From Octopus sinensis (taxonomy: Eukaryota), in NCBI RefSeq assembly GCF_006345805.1, contig NC_043012.1:55366001-55430000 (forward strand): a stretch of 64,000 nt of DNA. The letters are read 5' to 3'. Every line of letters begins with the position of its first letter. Within the stretch, counting starts at the first letter, position 1. Both the position numbers and the translations under genes were made by a program. The notes under the pieces are model-generated. The model did not search any database. It was not told where the DNA came from and saw only the letters and a program-made list of their open reading frames with translations. Positions 55,399-64,000 of the stretch are shown here, piece after piece.

Positions 55399-57385
55399 GG
55401 TTTCAAATTTCAGCTCACGGCGAGCAATTTTGAGGGAGGAGGGTGCGAGTCAGTTTACTTCGGGCCCAGTATTTAACTGACTCTTTATTTTATCGATCCC
55501 GCAAGAATAAGAGATAAAGTTGGCATCAGTGAGATTTGAAGCCAAAATGTAAAGAGACAGAAGAGATTCCGCTAAGAATTTTGTCCGACGCGCTAACGAT
55601 TCCACCAGATCGTACACTTGTGTTAATATAATAATAATGTTTCTGCTTTAGGTACAAGGCTTGAAATTTTCGGCGGTGGCCGGGTTGGGAGCGGGGCAAG
55701 TCGATTGCATCGATCCCCAGCGTTTGAGTGGCACTTTATTTTATCGATCCCGAAAGGTTGAAAGATAAACTTGACTTCGGGGAGATGTGAAGTCAAAATT
55801 TAAAAGACCAGAAGAAATGCCGCTAAGAATTTCTGTCCGACCCGCTAGATTCTGTTAGTTTGCTACCTTGTTCTAACTAATAATTAAACGATTACGTTTT
55901 GTCTTAGAATCATTGATTGGTTGCAATTCCTAACCATGCTTCTCATTATCATATTTCTGAAGTTTTTTTTTGTTTTTTTTTGGGGGGGGGGCTTTAAGAT
56001 CTGACAATTGTAAATTTTAGTCATCATAAAAATACTTTTTTTTATGATATGACTAAAATTTACAATTTCTTCGGTAGATGGACCTGCTGCTATAGAAACT
56101 ATTTCACATTTACTGAAGCTCGTCTTAATTATTAACCACATTCATAACTGCAGAATCTACATTGTTTTAAATCGTTGTCTTCGAGAGTTCCTTCAAACTT
56201 ATCGCTGTCATTCCAAGAGTCATTAATTAAATTAAGCAGTACCGCAATTTGGCCCAGTTTTCTGGTAAAGAACATCACAAACAACCCAACGGAGTTCAAA
56301 TGTTTAATATAATTGATGCTCGCACTTAATATCCTTACCAAATTTAACTGACACTTGTTCTATCACTTCTGACCAAGTATCAACATTAGGAATAGTTATT
56401 GAATACTTCCTGGTTAAATATGCTAATACTGCATTGGTGACTGTTTTCAATATTGATGTCATCTCTGAGTAATTTAACCCAAATAACTTATTTAAAACTT
56501 GTCAGCGCATAATATTGCACACCTCATTTAGTGACCCCCTTCAACACAACTTCGACAAGTACGGCGAATTCTATACTTCGCTAATAAGGTGTAACATAGC
56601 TGAAACACGTCCAGTACTGACCGGTCTAATTAAAATAATATCATCCACTGGATAATATTGCTTCTTCCTTACTACATAATTATTTCAAATTAATTTCCAT
56701 TCTCTTTTTCTTCTTTTTTAATTACTCACTGCTTTAAATATGCTGATACTGAATTTCACAAGAATTTTTCCAAATGTAAATGAGGACTTTGGTTGCTGAC
56801 ATTTATGGCCAAGAACTCATCCATTTCTACGGCGTAGTTAACTAGTTTACAGCCGCTGTCAACCGCTGAGAGTAACAGGAAGAGACAAGCTAAATGAAAG
56901 CGACTGTTTGCGAATTCCAACAATTATCAATCACCAACAAGTAGCCATTGACATAAATCGTTTCGGAATTTGTGTTTAATAAACGATCAGAATGAGACAG
57001 CAAATACTGTCAAACAAGATCCAAGCTTCAAATCGATTATAAGGTACAGAAGAGTGGATAGAAACGATTAAGTCCACGTCAGTCAAAGCAAAGATTAACT
57101 TTATAAATATCCAATTTTAAGTTTGGCACAAGGATACAGATTTAGCAATGAGGAAGGAGTGGGAGTAAGTTGATTAAATCGACTCCAGTTCTTGACTGAT
57201 ACTTTATGTTACCGGCCAAAGAAGGATTACAAAAAAAGACAATGTTGACCTCGGCGAGATTTGAACTAGAGTATGTAAAGGGACGTAACTAAATATCGCA
57301 AGACATTTTGTCATTCTTCTTTGGTCTCTCGGCTACGGATGGAGTCATAGGAGTATTGCTGTGACATACAGTGCGTTTGTATCCT

Positions 57386-57590
57386 TTATCTTTTATTTGT
57401 TTCAGTCATTGGACTGCGGCCATGCTGGGGCACTGCCTCGAAGAAATGAATCACAGTACATTTCTTTTTAAAGTTTGGTACTTATACGTTCAATATCTGT
57501 TGCTGTACCACAAAGTTACGTGGACGTAAACAAGTAAACACCGGTTGTCAAGAGGTTGGTGGGAAGTACAGACACACAGACACACACACA

Positions 57591-57634
<44 letters not shown>

Positions 57635-57740
57635 CATATACGACAGGCTTCTGCACAGTTGCCCAAAGTGTCAGGTGGTGGGATTGAACCTGAAACCATG
57701 TCATTGCAAAGCAAGCTTCTAAACCACACAGCCATGCCTA
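57386..57740 (-). mobile_element. SINE family B, diverged
   Basis: Tail, (CA)n and head in reverse orientation. Confidence 0.75.
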
Positions 57741-59886
57741 TGTATTTTTGTAAAAATCTGTGGGCGCCCCTCTCTCTCCAGGTTTGGTAACATAGTCGAT
57801 TTCTTCCCGAAAAAATGAGAGAGAAGAAACGATTTCATCACTAGACTGATACTTTATCGATTTCGGGGGGGAAAAAGGAAAGTTGAGCCTTGATGAGATT
57901 TGAACTCAGGGCGTACAGCAGCACGATACATTCTGTTCGACGCTTTACCAACATCGCTAACTCGCCAGCTTAAAACATATTGTAAAGCGTTTTAAAAAAT
58001 GTCAGGATAAATATTATAAGAATAGTGAACTGGAAATGTTGATCAGCTGATTTCCAGGGGAAGTTCATGTCGAGTGAGTTGACATTTATAACTTATGGTT
58101 TAACTTTAAGCCATAATGGGAGCGAATGAGCAGAGTAGTTAGAGTATCGTATAGCTTACCTTGTGGTGTTTGTTTTAGCTCTCTACGATCTCAGTTCAAA
58201 TCCAGGTTGGGTCAACTTTGTCTGTCGTCTTTTCGATGTCGCTAAATAAATTGTAAGACCAGCACAAGGCCAGCAATTCTGGAGGAGGGAGTAAGTCGAT
58301 TGCATCGACCTCATTACTCAACTGGTACTTCTTTTATCGACCCCGAAAGGATGAAAGGCAAAGTCGACCTCGGCGGAATTTGAACTCAGAGGTTAAAGAC
58401 GGACAAAGTGATGCTAAGCGTTCTGCCCGACGTATTAACGATTCAGCCTGCTCGCCGCCTTCAAATTGATTGTATATTGATTCCAGTAATTCACTGACAC
58501 TTTATTTTACTGACCTCGGAAAAAAAAACTAACGCTGATAGAATTTAAACTCAAAATACAAAAGGACGTAACTAAGCAGTTCACAGTATTTACTCCACCA
58601 TTTTCCTGTTTCTGTAAATCCTCCATTTTCTCGTCACCAAATCACCATTATTGTTGCAGTTAATCCTCCACCTTGCTGCGAACCCACTTCTCTGTCACTC
58701 ATCCACCATTCCGGCATCCAGCTACAGTAGCTCAGTGGAATTGGTAGCGCGTCAGATAGAATACCACACGGTATATGTTTCGGTTTTTTGTGTTCTGAGT
58801 TCAAATTCCGTCGAGGGATCTAAATTTTACTGATAACCATACCATCGACTTTAACGCATTCAGAGAATACACCAAGATGGACCACGACAGACACGGCGAC
58901 ACGGATATCTCACGGTAATTGGACAGAGCTCTTACTGTTTCAACGCAGTTATACAATGGATTCGGGGACTTTGAATACCATAAATTGTGGGGATCGAACT
59001 CGCGATTTTTTCTTTGCACTCACCAAACTTAATAGTGAATGGCCCCTGAATCTCATATCCTTGAAAATATTGTCGACAACAGGGAAATGCTGACGATAAT
59101 GATAACGTGGAATAAAATGTTAAAATCTTTATTCCAATATTTTTGCCTTTTAGCTTCTGTTGATAGAGTGATGTGTCGTAAGTCTAGTCGTTAAGTGGAA
59201 ACAGCTAAGAGATGAGGACGGATATTGCAAGAGATAGGATGGATATTGAAAGACGAATGTTCGAATGAAATTTGATTAGAACTAAAATCTGCTATAAAGT
59301 TAGATGAGGTAAAACAGCAACGTAAATAAAATATTGGGTTAACAATCGTATGACAAGTTGTAAGGGACTACTACTGGTACCATGTATCCAATAACTACTT
59401 GTTTCAAGGTCGGCTGGTCGGTGATTAAACCGACTTCTCCATTTGGCTTGCAAGATGAGGCGAGTGTTGTGGACACTGTAGAGGACTAAAAACAAGAGCT
59501 GTCAAAGAACGGTTGAGCTGACTGTGAGCTAATGGCCACCCACACAAGTGGTGTCTCGTAAAAAAAAAAACATTCTGCACGTGGATGGGTAAACCATGCA
59601 GATGATCCAAGTCCGTAGCCACAGAAAACTCCAGTGAAAGATATACTAAGCTCTCTTGTTGGAATTGGCGTTCATGGATGGTGTGGCGTGAAATTAGATG
59701 TTGTAAGGTAGAAATATCAAGATGAAAAAATGAGTCGAAAGGAATTTGATTTGAATTGAATATTTTGTTTAACGCCTTCACAACGTTACCAGTCCACCAC
59801 TTTGGATTGGAGATTAACCTCATGAACTCAGACTCCAAAGAGCCATAACCAATAAGAAACAATGTTGTAATAAGAGTGAATTTTAA

Positions 59887-60042
59887 CAGTTCTATGTTTA
59901 AAAGATAAGGAATTATGTACATTATTTACATTTGACGGATATTTGTCCTCATCTTCTTTGTTGTTGCCCACGGGCATATGGCATAGTCGTTAAGAGCGCG
60001 GGGGTACTAACCCCAAATTTCCGAGTTCGATTCCGGGCAATA

Positions 60043-60077
<35 letters not shown>

Positions 60078-60118
60078 TAATAATAATAATAATAACAACA
60101 ATAATAATAATAATAATA

Positions 60119-60152
<34 letters not shown>

Positions 60153-60314
60153 AATAATAACAACATCGAAAAATACCTTAGGAATGAGAACCTAGGTTTG
60201 AAATTTCCCCAAGACACCTGATGAAGGCTGGAGGGTATATCAGCCGAAACGGTGTGTTAACAACAAACAAGATGAGGACAAATATCCGCCAAATATAAAT
60301 AATGTAAATAATGT
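59887..60314 (+). mobile_element. Composite retroposon copy A with inverted 3' piece (59887-59966) and 12-bp TSD
   Basis: TSD AGTGAATTTTAA at 59875-59886 and 60315-60326; head 59969-60038, (AAT)n 60039-60160, tail 60161-60314. Confidence 0.85.
60213..60258 (+). ncRNA. Minimal type I hammerhead ribozyme motif (U16.1G variant)
   Basis: GACAC-CTGATGA-A-GGCTG-gagggtatat-CAGCC-GAAAC-GG-T-GTGTT. Confidence 0.75.
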
Positions 60315-60693
60315 AGTGAATTTTAAGACAGTAAGAAGACCACAAAGCTTTATGGGATGTAAAATTGATTATGTATCGGTTTCAAATTTAGGCACAAGGC
60401 AAGCAATTTCGGAAGAGGAGGTAAGTCGATTACATCGACCCCAGTGTTTAACTGGTATCTCTTTTATCGACCCCGAAAGGATGAAAGGCAAAGTTGACTT
60501 CAGCAGAATTTGAACTCAGAACGTAAAGACGGACAAAGTGCTGCTAAGCATTTTTCCGGCATATTAAGGATTCTGTCAGCTCGCCGCCTTCAAAATGGCC
60601 GTATACTGATTCCAGTAATTCACTGATACTTTATTTTACAGGCCTCGGTAAGAACTAACACTGATGGAATTTGAACTCAAAATACAAAAGGAC

Positions 60694-61082
60694 TTACTCT
60701 TTTACTTGTTTCAGTCATTTGACTGCGGCCATGCTGGAACACCGCCTTTAGTCGACAAATCGACCCCAGGGCTTCCTAGTACTTATTCTATAGGTCTCTT
60801 TTGCTGAACCGCTAAGTTACGGGGACGTAAACACACCAGCATTGGTTGTCAAGCGGTATTGGAGGACTAAGACACACAAACATATAAACACACATACACA
60901 TATATATATACATATATACGACGGGCTTCTTTCAGTTTCCGTCTACCAAATCCACTCACAAGGCTTTGGTCGGCCCGAGGCTATAGTAGAAGACACTTGC
61001 CGAAGGTGCCACGCAGTGGGACTGAACCCAGAACCATGGGATTGGTAAGCAAGCTACTTACCACACAGCCACTCCTGTGCCT
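60694..61082 (-). mobile_element. SINE family B, full length
   Basis: Complete head-CORE-microsatellite-tail. Confidence 0.92.
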
Positions 61083-61428
61083 ATAACTAAATATTTCACA
61101 GTATTTACTCCACCATTCTCCTGTTTCTATAAATTTTCTATTTTCTATTCGCCAAATCACCATTTTTTTTACAGTTAAATCCTCCACCTTGCCGCGAACC
61201 CACATCTCTGTCACTTATCCACTACACTAACATCAAGCCACATCCCTGAAAATAGTCTCTTTTAATACTTCTAATCGTTTCACTTCACGTACGTCTCTAC
61301 TCGTGTCAAGAAAGGGATGGTCTTCACAACATCCCAATTCCATTTTCCTTCCTCTATAATTCTTAAGCCCTATGCAATAAAAAAAAAACATTTGCAGATC
61401 GTTCAAACAGTTCGTTGTCATATGACAA

Positions 61429-61582
61429 CGCAGGAGTGGCTGTGTGGTAAGTAGCTTGCTTACCAACCACATGGTTCCGGGTTCATTCCCACTGCATGGC
61501 ACTATAGCTTCGGGCCGACCAAACCCTTGTGAGTGGATTTGGTAGACGGAAACTGAAAGAAACCCGTCGTATATATGCATAT

Positions 61583-61620
<38 letters not shown>

Positions 61621-61854
61621 TGTGTGGTGTGTGTGTATACATGTTTGTGTGTCTGTGTTTGTCCCCCAACATCGCTTGACAGCCGATGCTGGTGTGTTTA
61701 TGTCCCCGTAACTTAGCGGTTCGGCAAAAGAGACCAATAGAATAAGTACTAGGCTTACAAAGAATAAGTCGTGGGATCGATTTGCTCGACTAAAAAAGCG
61801 GGTGCTCCAGCATGGCAGCGGTCAAATGACTGAAACAAGTAAAAGAATAAAAGA
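61429..61854 (+). mobile_element. SINE family B, near full length, 9-bp TSD
   Basis: TSD CATATGACA at 61419-61427 and 61856-61864. Confidence 0.92.
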
Positions 61855-62124
61855 GCATATGACAGTTTTCTTTTGTGGTCACTACTGATGATAAAGGCAT
61901 GAATGTCACAACATCACTTTTCTTCCCCCATCCTCTTTGGATTTGAATCCCTGTCTGTTTACGCAGCAAATCAATAAAGCTTGTCTCCGTCGGTACGGTT
62001 GTTTACTCAATCGATTGTAATTTGCAACGAGATATGCTTGGCTTCATATCAGAACTGGGATCTAGCCTTTACATCAAGCAATCTCGACACACAATCTCTC
62101 ATACTCACATGGACTGATATACTG

Positions 62125-62125
<1 letters not shown>

Positions 62126-62176
<51 letters not shown>

Positions 62177-62618
62177 ATGTGTGTGTGTGTGTGCATGTGT
62201 GTGTGCGTGTGTGTGTGCGCGTGTGTGTGTGTGTGTCTCTGTGTGTGTATCTGTGTGTGTGTAGATGCACGGATGCATATATATACATATACATACATAC
62301 GTATATACATCTCATAAATACATACAAATAGATATTATATGTGTATGTGTAAATACACGTATGTGTGTGTGCGTCTGTGTATGTATGCATATATGTATTC
62401 ACATGTGGGTGTATATGTGTGTATGCATATATGTGTGTGTATGTGTGTGCGCGCGTGTGTGTGTAAGTACGTATGTATGTATGTATTTATATATATACCT
62501 ATGTATGTGTATTTGTATGACTACATACATAATGCATTCGCATACATGCAGTTTACTCGCCTGTGTGTGTATACACATGTATTCACATGTCTACATGCAA
62601 ATGTATATGTGTGTATGC

Positions 62619-62654
<36 letters not shown>

Positions 62655-63140
62655 ATGTGTGTGTGTGTGTGCCTGTGTGCGTGTGTTTGTGTGTATAGAT
62701 GCACAGATACATATATGCATACATGCATACATATATACATCTCATACATAAATACAAATAGATACCATATGGGTATGCATATCTGTGTGCGTCCGTCTGT
62801 GTGTGTATACACATATGTATTCACATGTCTACATGTAAATGTATATGTGTGTATGCATATATATGTGTGTATATGTGTGTGCGTGTGTGTGTGTGTGTGT
62901 GTGTTGTGTGTGTATGTATGTATGTATTTATATATATACCTATGCATGTGTATTTGTATAAATACATGCATAATGCATTCGCATAGATACGCAATCAATC
63001 TCGCACTCACCGATGTAAACATCCCTACGTGCTCTACACTACTCACAAATAACTACATCTACTCACAGTTTACTCGCCCACATATATATGCATATATATG
63101 TGTGCGTGTGCGAGTGTGTGTATGTATGTATGTGTATTTG
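62126..63140. repeat. Degenerate microsatellite field with a higher-order repeat of about 430 bp
   Basis: 62260-62560 recurs at 62690-62990. Confidence 0.8.
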
Positions 63141-63398
63141 TAGCGGGGAGCGTATGCGTATGCATTACTGCTATAGAACATTAAATCTTAGCCAACAGTG
63201 CACAGTTGCCAACAATAAGCAGTTTTAAAAGTGATGTGTTCATATACCCAAACAGAAAGGACAGCTGAACTAGTTTTCAATTGCTGTTGGGATTTCTTCT
63301 GTAGCTGAGTACTCTCTTAAACTATCCACAGAAATGCTGCTTGTAAACCCAGTATTACTATAGGCTCAATGTAAATCAGATACATTTGCAAATATATA

Positions 63399-63964
63399 TT
63401 GGGTTGTCCGGAAAGTTCGTGCCGATTTTTAAAGGAAAGGAAAAGGTCAATAAATACTTGCCATTACATTTTTAATCAACCAAATATGAACCATTTTGTT
63501 GCACAATGCGTCTCCATCTTTCCTTTAACTTGAAAATACCCACTTCCCAGAATTGAGGTGGTTTCATGGCAAAGAATTCATCAAGGTAACTTTTTATGTC
63601 ATCTAAGGAATTGAAATTTTTACCATTAAGACTATTCTGCAGAGACCTGAATAAGTGGAAATCCGAAGGAGCAATATCTGGTGAATATGGAGGGTGAGGT
63701 AACACATCCCAGCCGAGCTGCAGCAATTTTTGTGTGGTTCCCAAAGCATCAAGTGCCGAAAATGAACTTTCTTATCTTCCATTTTAAAGGGTTACAGAAT
63801 TGACACAGGTTATAGGAACATAAACCTTCTTCCATGAAAAGATAGCTTAAACTATGCTCTAAATGGAGGTGGAGTCAAATTCTATTTTATGGACTCAACC
63901 ATGTTGTAAAATAAGTCGAAAGGTAAGCTACTATAAATCGGCACGAACTTTCCGGACAACCCAA
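63399..63964 (-). mobile_element. Internally deleted mariner, 566 bp
   Basis: Perfect 30-bp TIRs TTGGGTTGTCCGGAAAGTTCGTGCCGATTT, TA TSD; N-terminus MEDKKVHFRHLMLWE (ATG 63782) fused to the C-terminal block LGWDVLPHPPYSPDIAPSDFHLFRSL..NGSYLVD*. Confidence 0.95.
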
Positions 63965-64000
63965 TATAACGCGTTCTTTGCAGCTTATTCGATTAATTAT

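Noticed and set aside
59969-60038. Functional tRNA gene
   Set aside because: A- and B-boxes present but the acceptor stem does not close and it runs into (AAT)n; treated as a SINE head, like the other tRNA-like heads.
62265-63143. 292-aa ORF and the many similar YI/VC/HT-repeat ORFs across the window
   Set aside because: Translations of TA, TG and TATG microsatellites.

Overview
AT-rich, repeat-saturated animal genomic DNA. It is most probably from an octopus or other coleoid cephalopod; this is inferred from my recognition of the SINE families and the microsatellite load, not proven. No intact host protein-coding gene is supported. Almost every long ORF in the supplied track is a translation of a microsatellite. 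Recognisable content: three Tc1/mariner-superfamily transposase remnants (a full-length DD34D mariner, a full-length DD37D maT element nested in a SINE, and an internally deleted mariner), plus a fourth short maT end fragment; several MITEs with clear TIRs; a decayed R4/Dong-type RLE LINE; a decayed Penelope-like element with a GIY-YIG domain; dozens of tRNA-derived SINEs of at least four families; a 100-N gap; and a 1.56 kb tandem duplication that may be an assembly artefact. The most interesting signal is a composite retroposon present twice (51863-52495 minus, 59969-60314 plus). It joins a tRNA-like Pol III head, an (AAT)n tract and a Penelope-type minimal hammerhead ribozyme. Both copies carry an inverted piece at the 5' end, and one copy has a 12-bp TSD. 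Also noted are a covarying structured 5' module of an unassigned non-LTR element, a 1.8 kb nested inverted structure, and a candidate housekeeping promoter near 50.8-51.0 kb. Coordinates of degenerate repeats are approximate (about +/-20 bp).
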